From contig JADGBR010000003.1 of assembly GCA_015231405.1 (NCBI GenBank), positions 29,549 to 93,548 on the forward strand: a stretch of DNA of 64,000 nucleotides. Reading direction: 5' to 3'. Positions 28,001-40,000 of this stretch are shown in pieces. This DNA is from Candidatus Omnitrophota bacterium. GTDB lineage: Bacteria > Omnitrophota > Gorgyraeia > Tantalellales > Tantalellaceae. Below the pieces are notes generated by a model, which did no database searches, was not told the origin of the DNA, and was given only the letters and a program-made list of their open reading frames with translations. A program made the position numbers and the translations under genes. Numbering within the stretch: the stretch's first letter is position 1; every line of letters begins with the position of its first letter.

Positions 28001-31000
28001 GTCAGCAGTAACACGGTTGAACTGATGCACAAGGTCAAAGATAGTAAAGGCAGGGAACGCTGGGTGGTAAAAGAACCGTTCAATACCAGTCTCAAACTCC
28101 CGGATGGCGAGCCGCAGCCCGATGAGTCCGTGATATATGAGAAGGATGGGCTACGCTGGAAAAGGGACAAAAAGGGCAATTTATTCATAGAGACAAGGGA
28201 TGAGAAATGGTCCCTGTGTAATGTCGAGGACGCGTCTTTAAGCGCGAACGTTTTAGTCCAGGCCGACAAGGACACCGGAGGTTATATAATATTCGACGCC
28301 GCAAAGGCCAGGGTCGTTATGGCGACAGCCGGCGACGCCGGCGACATCTCCGTCGGGCAGGACATGAAAATAGACATTTTCAAGCGCGAGAAAGAATTCG
28401 GGAATAATATCATACGCCTTATCGGCGATACCGGCCTCGGCAAGGACGAATTGATGAGAGCCGCGGCGAGTCTCATGCACGAGGAGATATATTTCATAGC
28501 CGGCAATTCCGGTATGGAAGTGGATGACTTGACAAGGCATGAGACCATAGGGGGCGGTGAAAGGGGGACTTCGGAAGAGCTTTACACGATATTCAACCGG
28601 GTACTGCATAACGGCGGCTGGGTGGTGATAGACGAGGTCAATAAAGTGCCGAAACCCGTTTTAAGCGCGCTCAAAGCTTCGATCACTAATAAGACGCATC
28701 GGCAGACCATAGACGGCGTCGAGAAAAGCGTCCCGAACCATCCGAGAGCGAGGATATTCGGGACAAGCAACGCGTTCACGCGTGATTTCAGCCATGAGGA
28801 ACCGCCTGACAACGCCGCGCAGAGCAGGTTCAGGGATATACCGTTCGTATGGCGCGACCCGGATTCGGAGAAAGAGCTTCAGAAATATCTGGCCGTCAAG
28901 AAGCTCGATAAAATGGGCCTTAGCGCGGAAGAAAGGGAAAGGCGAGTCAGGATAATAAAAGACGCGGCCAATGTTCTTGTCGATATAGCGTGGCCGATGC
29001 GTCTGGGTTACGCCGGTTACACGGACGAGCAGTCGGCTCCGACCAAGAGCAAAAAAGGTGAAGATCTCAGGAAGGTCTGGGTCGAGCTCATGCAGGAGGA
29101 ACCGAAAGCTACGATAGGCAAAAATACCGTTAAAGCTCCGTCGCCGAGGACGATATTGAACATAATAAACCACGCCGCCATGTTCCCTGAAACGTGGAAA
29201 AATTCGCCTCTTAGCGTCTGTAAGTTGTGGTTCAACCTGGAGGCGGATGTTCTGAAGCCGAAAGTGCGAGAATCGAAACAGAACGGCATTATGACCGAAT
29301 TCATGACCGCTCCCGGGAGAGGAACGAGGGGAGGGATAAAGGATAACGATTTCCAGCCCAAATTGATCTTGGACGCCGATGAGTCTTTCGCGCTCGACAA
29401 GAATAATAAGAATATCCTGATAGTGACCCCGAAAAAAAGCCTGGACGCTTCAGGTCAACTCGCCCAGACATGGGACCCGATAAGGATATGGATACATGAC
29501 GAAGCGAGCCGCAATATGGAGATATCGGGCGTTCCCGAAGACATAAGGTACTGGCTGAGGGCGAAGAACGAAAATAACGCGAAACTGCTGTACCAGGCTT
29601 TGCAGGCGAGGGCGCTCGGTAAAAGCCTTATCTTCGTCGGTGACCAGAGCGCCGGTAAAAGCGTTCTCGCTTTCGCCATAGCCGAGCTTCTGGACGGGAA
29701 GGACATACCATCGGTGGAAGTGAACCTGAACACGGAAAAAGAGGACCTCACTTTTAAACAGCGCATAAGGAATTTCGTGTCGAAGTTTTGCGACAGCCCT
29801 GTGGCCCAGGCTCTACGGGAGAAAAAGACCATGGTGCTTGAAGAGAGCAACCAGGGCGAGCCCAATGTCATGGCGGTACTCAATGAGGTCGCTGAACGTA
29901 TGTTCCTCACACATGTCGACGGGGAACGTGTCGGGGACGAGGGTGACGGGCGAGCCGGGGCGATAAACTGCATAAATACCCCCGGGGAAAAAGGTTTCAA
30001 TGTCAGGCGTTTCAGCCGCGAGTATATAGAGAGGCATGCGGTTCTCCGTTTCGACATGCTGGCCCCGGGCGATATGGCCGATTACCTTTCCTATTCCGCG
30101 GAGCGCGAACATGGAAATGAAAGGCTGAATTCGAAGATCATAGGATGTAAACGGGAAGGCGTGAAGCATGCCGACGGTACTGATAAATGGGACGGGTTCG
30201 CCGGAGTGTATCAGGAGCTTAAATACAGGAAAAATAAAGCCGCTACCGCCGCCGAAAGGCGAAAACTACCGCCGCGCGTGCCGTCGATAAGGGAATTCAA
30301 AAGCCTTATACAGGACATGGTCGAGTATTGGAACAAATGGCGTCTTGACGGGGAAGGCGCCCCGGACCACAAGGTCATTTTCAGGAGGTTCGTTAATAAT
30401 TATTTCGTGATGATAGGGCGGGCTAACGAGCGGTACAAATGGGTGGAAACCATAAAAGAGGCATTTAAGGCGGCCGGGCTTTACCCCGTCGATCCGAACA
30501 ATGAGAATGACGCCGATTATCTCTCAGAGAAATTCCTCGATAAAGAGGGGGTGCTGGTTCAGAAGCTTGGCGTCCTGCGCGAAGAGATCGACACGACCGA
30601 TGACGAACTTAACAACGCCTTGAAATGGATACAGGACGAGGTCATGCCGGCATCGACTTTCCGAAGGCTGGAGTTTATCCAGAAAAGAATGGAGGAGATG
30701 AAAAGCGGTTGGGGTGGCCTTAAGGAGGAAGAGATAAAGGGAAGGCTCCACAATATGCGTGTGGTCTGGCAGATACTGTATCTCGTCAAAAAAGAACGGA
30801 GCGGCAAGGGGCTCGACAGCCACAGGATCGAAAACCTTGAAAAGATGGAGCAGATAATGACCCAGATAATACAGGGACATTTACTATCCCTCGGGATGGA
30901 TCCCGAAAGCTTTTTAATGCCTGCTGGATATAATGACCTTACAAAACCGTATGAGACGCTCGCGGATATGAAAAAGAGGGAATTTATCCCGACCGGAGAA

Positions 31001-34000
31001 GATGTAATAGACCGGGCTTTGAACCTGGTAACCGTCTCTCCCAAAGATGAAACTCTTATAAACAATGTTACCGGTTCGGTGCTTGCCGACTTCTTCGAAG
31101 GGCGATTTATTATCCCTCCCGTGATACCCGGCAATAAACCCGTGATACCCCACGAATACGCCGAGGGCCTGCGCCTTCTATACATAACTTACCTAAATAT
31201 GAAAAAAGCCCAAGAGTGGAACGGTGAAAGCGTTAAGATAAAAGAATATTTGGCTGAGATCGAGAAAGCGTTATCCATGTACCCGCTGAACAGGGAAGAA
31301 GTGGAATTTTATCGGGATATAGTCAATATAGGCGCGCCCGACGCGGCCGGGAAATGGGAAGGGATAAGGCAGGAGATCGCGGAAATAAAGGGCAGGATGT
31401 CTATAAAAGGGTCTAAACCGGATAGGGCGATAGAGGAAGAGGATTCGACGGTCATCAAGGGACTTGTCAGCGCCTTTATCGGCAATAAAGACGACAGGGA
31501 TATCGCCCTTATCTATCGCCACCTGATATCCGCTTATGTGACCCACGAGGGCCGGATACAGGATCTGGCTGAATTGGATAAACGCTTAGCGCGTATACTC
31601 TTTGAGGCCTGGAAAGACGCTCTGGAGGGGCCGACGGTCAAAGTCAAACGCCCGGCCGCCGATAATCAACGGCTTAAAGCAAGGAGAGCGCTCATAGCCG
31701 CCGCGAAACGGCTCGTTGACATCGTTAGATCCGGACATCCGGATGAAGAACCCCTGCTCAATAAACTTTTACGCCGCCTGACATCCAAAACAGCCTTAAA
31801 AGCCATGACATTAGAACCCGTTCACACCGAAACCCGTGCACCCGTGCACTCTGATATACAGCCTACCGCATCGTTATACGAAGTAGTTCCGTGGGATTAC
31901 ATGGATCCCGCCGAGGACGGCGAGCCGTCAGATAAGGTGAACGAGTTACGGGCCATGGCTTACGGCCCGGACGGGGTATTGTATGTACTGGACGAAAGTG
32001 AGTTCAGGGCATTCGATGAGACGATCAGCCTTCCATTTCAGAACGGCCTCGGCAAGAAAAAACTTCCGGAGAAGGCATGCGATATAGCCGTAAGGAGTGA
32101 TGATATTATATTTACTTTAAATGACGATGATGATACCAGCCCTCAGGGATTTACCATCAGGGCATATTATAAAAAAGGCGATGAGGCAACGGGTGCCGTG
32201 TCGGACGATGGAAAAGTCAAGTTGATTAGCTCTACCAATAAGGTCTTGAAAGGAAGACATATAGTAATATTTCAGAATAGAACAATATGTGTATTGCTGA
32301 GGGATGAGAACGCTATAGTCATTACAGATAAGGCCCATTCTCAAGTTATTGACCCCCTGCATCGTACGATGCTTGCCGGGATAAAGAGCGCTGATATAGC
32401 GGCCATGGCTGACGGTGGCGACGGCTGCCTTCTCCTATTGGACAAAAAGAATAAACAGCTTATTAAGGTCCGTCCGGTCACCGGGGCGGATGTCAATTTT
32501 GAGTGGAGTATCCCTCTTGAGGAAAAATACGGCATATCCAACCCCACCGCCATGACACGCACCCCCGACGGCAAGATCATCATCGCGGCGCTGGGCGCCG
32601 ACGGCAAAACCGTGTTTTACAGGCTGAACTCCGACGGCTCGCTCGACAAAGAGAACACAAATAACGGACAGATCATGCTTAAAGCGTCCGTCGGTCCCGT
32701 AAAAGCCATCGCCGCCGACAAAACCGGCAAGATCTCCGCGGGACCCGAGCGCCCAAAAGTGAAAACCATCTGGACTATAAAAGAAACCACAGAACAGGTG
32801 CCCCTAACCCCACAACAACCTGTGCACCCGTTCACCGGTGCACCCGTGCACCCGGAATACGTCTCAACCAAATTCAAACTAAACGACCTCGCAGCCAATG
32901 ACATAAAGGACATGGCCATCGACAGCAAGGGCAATAAGTATATACTCGCGGACGGGAAGCTGTTCTCTTATGACAGGTTCGGGAGGAAGAGGAATGATTT
33001 CAAAGCGCATGGGAGCGTGGTGGACGCAACAATAGGGTTAGCGATAGGCCTGAATGACGATCTTATCTTGATCCTTAACGCGCATAATCAAAGTCTTCAG
33101 GTCATCTCCCCCGACGGAACACCCAAAAAAAATAATACGGAGAATAACGGGTGTATAAAAGTATCTGATGCCGCTGCGACAATCGTGATGAGACCGGGTA
33201 AAGCCGCGGTCGGGCCTGACGGGGCGCTTTATTTTACTCATGCCGGGAATGACCGCCAGTTAGTATTTATTACTCCCATGGAGATGTCTACCGGATGGAT
33301 CAAGGGTCCGGCTTGTCTGGATCTTCCGGCGGATATAGCTGCCACCGATATCGAGAAGATCTCGATATGCGACGATAACTCTATAATTATTTTCGATAAG
33401 AACGGTAAAGCACTCCGCAAATTACGAAGAGAATCCGAACAGGCGTCTCAATTAGTTCCGGTAGACGGGTTCGGCAAAGATAATAACGGCAAGGTCGATC
33501 TCAAGAGCCTCGGAATTCACTGGGCCCAAGATTGTTGCCTGGGCCCGGACGGAGAGATATTTCTCATGGACAGAGATACGGGCGATTCCGGATTCGGGGC
33601 TATCTATGTTTTGAGACCCGACGGGGCATTGAGTGGTAAGGAAAAATCGTCTTCCAAATTACGATACGAGGGTGAACCGATCACTGTTGGGAAGATGGCT
33701 GTGAACGTAAAAGGCGATATCGCCGTGGGCGTGAGCCATCCTGTCGCGGGTATAGTCTTGTCATTGAAAAGGAAAATAAACCCGGTGAAGATCTCCGTTC
33801 CGGCGCCGCAAGGCTTAACTTTTGACAATAAAGGGAACGTTTATGTGATAACGGGCAGGGAGATCCATTCCTTCAGGCCGGATGGCACCCCAAACGGTAA
33901 ATTCGGGAAAAACGGCATTTATTATCATTGGAGCGCTGACGAGGAATTCACGGGGATAACTTTTTGCCGGGAAAGCCGGCGCCTGCTGGTTTCGTTATCG

Positions 34001-37000
34001 AAGCAGGATGTCGTCCATGAAATATCGCTCACAGGGGAACACAAAGGCACTATTACAAATTCTTTCGGAAATAAACTGAATAAGCCAGGGTACCTTACGA
34101 CAGACGGTAAAGGAAAATTATTCGTCGCTAACCTCGGAGATAATAGTATTTCGGTGATTAATATCATCAATAAGACGCCGGATGCTACGGATGGATACGT
34201 TCTGGAAGACAGTGTGTTAAAGCTGAAAGGCGGCATCCAGCTCCATCAAAAAGGCTCAATGACGATCGGCAATGACGGCAATATCGTCGTCGCCGATTAT
34301 GAGACCGGGAAAATAGTCATTATTAACAAAGACGGCACAAAGAACGATGAGTTAGATTGCGGGGGTGAACACAAAGCCATAGTAGCCGGCGTCGACAAAG
34401 ACAGGGTAGTTGTATCAAGTGGTATAGGTGTAGTTTCGGCTGATAAGAAAGGAGGTACCGTGATCAGGCATCCCGGTATAAAAAACCTGGACAACATCGA
34501 TGGTTTCGCCTGGGACGGTTCCGATAGGATAGCGTTCATATCGAGTGAAAACGGACTTCTCATCCTTTCGGAGTATTTTCGGAGAAATAGCGATATGCAT
34601 AAAGATGAATACGATATCGCCAAAATCCCCGGAACCGGCGAAGCGGTCCATTATGTTGAACAGGTGAAAGTCACCGATAGCGAAAGTGCTTTCAGCGGGG
34701 TCGCGTATGACAGTAAGGGGAACGTTTATATACTGGAAGAGAATAGGATCAGGTCATATACTCCGGAAGGCCGGATAAATATGGATTTCCATCCTTCGGG
34801 TGAAATAGTCCTCTCCGGCAAAGCCCGGGGTATCTCTATCGGCCCGGGGGATATGATCTACACCATAGATGGTACAAATGATGTCGAGGGTTGGTCCTTA
34901 AGGTCTTTCAGCGCGTCGCATGCGCTAAGAAAAGAACACAAGATCAAAATATTCCGTACCAAGAAAAAGCCGGTCGTTCAGAGTTTCCATGTTACGCAGG
35001 CCGAGGATGGGACGATGTATGTCGTTTTGGCGGATGCCAATGAAATCGCCATTATCGGGCATGAGGAATTAAAGCGCAGCAGTATCAAACTGAATACCGG
35101 TAATCTCACCATGATCGGTATCGACAGGAACGACATAGGTGGGATAGCCCCGGCGGGTACAGGGTGTCTCTTTGTCCTGGACAAAAAGGAGGCCAGGCTC
35201 TATAAGAAGAGGTTGAAACCCGGAGAGGTTTCCGAGAACGATCCCGATTTCGCGCCTAAAGACCTGAAAGCGATGTACGGTATCGCTTCACCCGTAGCAC
35301 TTACCACATCCCCCGAGGGTAAGATATACATAGCCGCCCGCATGGCTGATGGTACGACCGCACTTTACAGACTTAATAATGACGGCACTCTTGATAAAGA
35401 AGGCACCCGTAACGGCAAGATCGTCCTGGACAAAGAAATCGGAGAGGTAAAAGACCTGGCGGTAGACAGAAAAGGCAATATCTCCGCGGTCCCGCTGGAC
35501 AAAGGAGAGAAGAACTACTGGAAAATAACCAAAACCCCAAAACAGCGGCCCGACATAACACATGACACATTACACATAACACAACCGCCTGTTACGGCGC
35601 CGCCCGTTCCGGAAACGGCGGTCACGCGTATCCTGAACTTTTTATCCGGGCACCTGACGACCGGACCCGAAAACAAGATTGAAGCGGCTGAAGTTGCCGA
35701 TTATAACGCGGTGAAAGACACGGCGCTCAGTCAGAAGTTCAACTGGCCGGTAATGGGTGACGCGGCTTTTGATAGTAAAGGGAACATATACCTTATAACA
35801 AGTTGCCGTATTTTTTCCTTCACCCCGGCGGGTGACGGATGGGTGCCTAATACCGGGTTTTTCGGGACAGGTAGTTATGAGACATCGAGTGATTTCAGTT
35901 TTAAACGTATCAGGATAATAAAACACGGTGAGGAAGAACATATAGTAATAACCAATAGCGTCATTATGGGCGACCAGAAGAATGACGGGGAAATAATAAC
36001 GTTGAGAACTGACGGTACCGAGTTTAGGAGGGGAAAGACCGACGAGCTTCAATTGGACAGGCCTACCCTGATATCCAACGCGACGGGGTCGCCTCTTATA
36101 CAGGTCTATAACGAGAACACTAACAGTGTCACATGCCATAATATGGAGAACATGGCGCCGGACATTTCAATGGGCTCCGATCCGAACAAAGGGCGAATAA
36201 GCCTTAACGATATCGTGACGAAGACCTCTGATCCCAAAACGTCCGACGAAGTGACCGCCATGGCGACCGACAGCGCCGGAAGGCTCTACATAGCGGTACA
36301 TCACAAGTCCTCTGGTGAATATATAATCCACGCGATGAATAAGGACGGCAGCCCTTATACTGGTTTCACGGGTTTCGGAGGCGTGCCGGGACAAGCAAGG
36401 ACAGAATACCGGATAATAAAAATGGAATTCATGGGCGATGGTACATTGTTTCTGGGATTTTCCGTGGGCAAAGAGGAAAAACATGTGCATGCCCTGTGGA
36501 GCCTGAATGGGAGCGGAGACAACAATTTGAAATATTCCTATAGAGGCGGGAACGGATGTGTCGGAGTATCGGGTGAGAAGCTGACGGAACTTTCGAGGAT
36601 GGCTTTCGCCCCGGACGGTCGAATATTCGCTTTCAGTAAGGCTGAGGACTACGCGGCGGTGATCACGCCGGTAAGATCTTCGGAGACAAGAGCCGCAGTT
36701 ATCCCGGGTTATACGGCCGTTGAAAAGGTATGCCAGCCGACGACAGTAAGCGGGCCTACGGTCATCCTGCCGGTAGATGTGGAATGGAACAAGGTAAAAG
36801 ACATGGCGGTGAGTGGCGACGGGAAAATTTATATACTCGAGGAGGAAGGTATCCACTCTTTCAACCGGGACTGGACGCGTAATAAGAGTTTTAACGGTAA
36901 CGGATGGAAAAGGGCCGAGCTAAGCGATAAATTCGTCAGTTTCGCGGTTTTGGAGGGGAAGAACAGGATATATGTGATAGATGAGAATGGCAGCCGTGTT

Positions 37001-40000
37001 TGCTCTTATGATCTTCGTGGGATAAGGCAGGGTGGGGTTGTTTCTCTCGTTAGATACAAAGACGGAATGGGGGATCCTAGATTATTCCATTTCCAGGGAC
37101 CGTCGTTCATTAAGGCCGGGAATAACGGGATCCTATACCTGTATAACAAGACAATAAAGACGCTTATAGCTTACGACCCGGAGACGGAAGAACTTTACAC
37201 GGAGTTCGGTTTGAAAGGACAGGTGCGTTTCAACTTTGGCGCCGGTACCGGCGATATTGATATGACCGCTATGGGTTTTGACAGTAAAGGGAATGTTTTT
37301 GTGGGGGTGTCGGTCGCCGGGCGTCATTACATTGAAGCTCTGAATAATAGAGGTCAAGGGATCGGTATATTCACACCTACACTGGGAGTTGCCGGGAGTG
37401 ACAAATATTGCGAGGTGCCAGCTCCGGTAACCGGCATAAGTTTCACTTATAAAGGCGATGAGATCGTCAATATGACCGTAAGTATGCAGAACGGCGAGGA
37501 TAGTTTAGCCGGGTTTACCCGGGATGAAAAAACAGCCGGAAAGCTGGCGCTTGACCCTAAATATGATCGTAAAGGATTAAAGGGCCATATCCCGTTCGGA
37601 GGCGCTATGCTCGACGGAATATCCGCCATGCACGGCAGACCCGACGGTACGCTTATCGCGATGAGCAAAGGGTCGAAGACGATGGCTGAACTTACACCCG
37701 ACGATGCGGTATTTGCCGGGATAACGGACGAGTCACCTGAGGAAGAACCTGGTGAAAAAGAAAAACTTCTCGCGGATATCAAGCGCCGTATCGAAGAAGG
37801 TAAAGACCGTACTGCGCTAGAGTTATCCCTGCTGAAAAGCCTCGCGGAAAATACGGCAAACGGGAGTTCACCCGAAGACGTATTACAGGCATTGCTGGGA
37901 TCATTGCCTGAAGAAGAAGGTAAGGAGAGGCAAACCCACACCTATACGGACGGTTCGGAAAATGAGCCGGAGGTAATTGACGAGGGTTCGTTGGGAGCGT
38001 TCGTGTCAGAGCTATTCGGCTGGGACAAGGGCGGAGACGCGGACATAGCCATGAGCCCTGACGGAACGATCGTAGAACTCCGTTTTCATAACGGCATGGG
38101 GTCATTGGGCATACACGGTCCTGACGGCGCGGTCGAATGGGTGGACGAGGCGAATGGAAAATTCAAAGAACCCCGGGCGGTAGGCGTAAGCCCGAACGGC
38201 GGATGGTATTTTGTGCTCAATAAAGACGGAAGTGTAAGCGTCCTGGACAATAAAGGCGTTCCTCAGGATGTCGAGGCGCGTCCGGAAAACGGCATTATTA
38301 TTCAGGAAGCCGTCGATATGGCCGTTGTGAATAACGGCAGCCTTGTTATAATAGACAGTACCGGCAGACAGATATTTAATATCTTTTCGACCGCTCCGGG
38401 TAAGATGGAATATTCGGGTGGGGATATTGCCGCAGGCCTAGACCTCCTTTCGGTGGATATCAATAAGAAGACCGATGATATCTATATCCTTACCGAAAAC
38501 AATAAGGTCCTCACGCTTGATAAGTTCAGGAACGATAAAACAGTTCATGGGGACAGCCCTCTTGTGGATGTCTTGGAAATACTGCGCCTAGCCGGAGTGC
38601 CTGGCGAGATCATAAGCACTATCGATCTTAAAAAAATAGCCGTCGACCCCGACGGTAAAATAATGCTATACAGCATATGCGACGCGGAGAGCGAGGACGA
38701 CGCGGAGCCATACGGCCAATTCATTTTCCTCACACCGGACTTTCAACTGGACAGGACCGTTAACGGCACGGGCATAGTTGACGAAAGAGATCTGGGCGTC
38801 CGCGCGGCCGGCGCGATAAGCGCAACCGGTAAAATGTCCTTTCTTGTGGGAGATAATTCATCGAAGGCGATGAAACGGGTTGTGATCAAGGGAAGGCCCA
38901 TTACGAACTATAGCGCGAATCCAATTCCCGAATTTAACGGGATAAAAGCTGTCGATGTATTGATCAATAACGATGGAGGGGTAAGTCTCCTACCCGATGA
39001 CCAGGGGAAGTCATTAGGAGAAGTCGGGGGAAACCTGTTCGTCCTTAACGATAAAAAAATTAAAGTTACGGGGATCCATGATAATGAGCCTGACCTTATG
39101 TTCGGTAACGGCACCGGCACGATCGAGCCTCGGGGATTCGATCTTGATAACCCGGCCGCCATTGCCGTCTTAGGACGCGACCATATATTGATAGCCGATA
39201 ATTTGATGTCCGGCATAGGACCGCGGCCCGTTTATTGCGTCGACAGGAATGGGAATAAGGATGATAGTTTCGGCACAGTAAACCCTGATACCGGCGAAAA
39301 GGGTCAGATATATCTCTCCGATAATATCGTAAAGGCTGCGGTAAACCATCTAAAACGAAAATTCTATGTTCTGACCGTCATTAATACAGTCGAATGCTAC
39401 GATCATAACGGCAAAAAGGATAACGGATACGGGATAGACGGAGTTTTGGACATTAAGAAACAGCTTGGCATGGGAAGCGGCGCGGAAAATCTCGAACTCG
39501 CCGGTGTCACTATCGACCAGAATACCGGTTATATTTACGTCACCGATAAAGGGAACGCGAGGATATACATGTTCGACGAAAATGGCGCCGCCTTTTACCA
39601 TAACGGGAAACCATATTGTATAGACGTATCAGACGGCGCATCGGAACGGAAACCCGAAGGCATTGGCGTTAAAGGCGACGGCAGTATCATCTTCGGCGAT
39701 ACCAAAAACGCCGAGGTGATAAAGCTCGTTCCGGCGGGGTTGACTTCCGGCGTGACCGGAACTCCCGTCTCCGGAAGATCGACGGCTCCGGTGCCGATAC
39801 GTCTCCGGGCCACGAGCCTGGCCGTGACTAAAAATAATGATATTGTCGCGCTGGAATCAGGGAACTCGACCATTAATTTCGTCGACATCGGAGGTAAAGT
39901 TAAAATGGCGGCAGTACCCATACTGAGCCATTTGTCCGCGGCTATGGACGGGGAAGGCGAAAACTTTTTTGTTCTGGAGAAAGATAAGACGGATGCGACT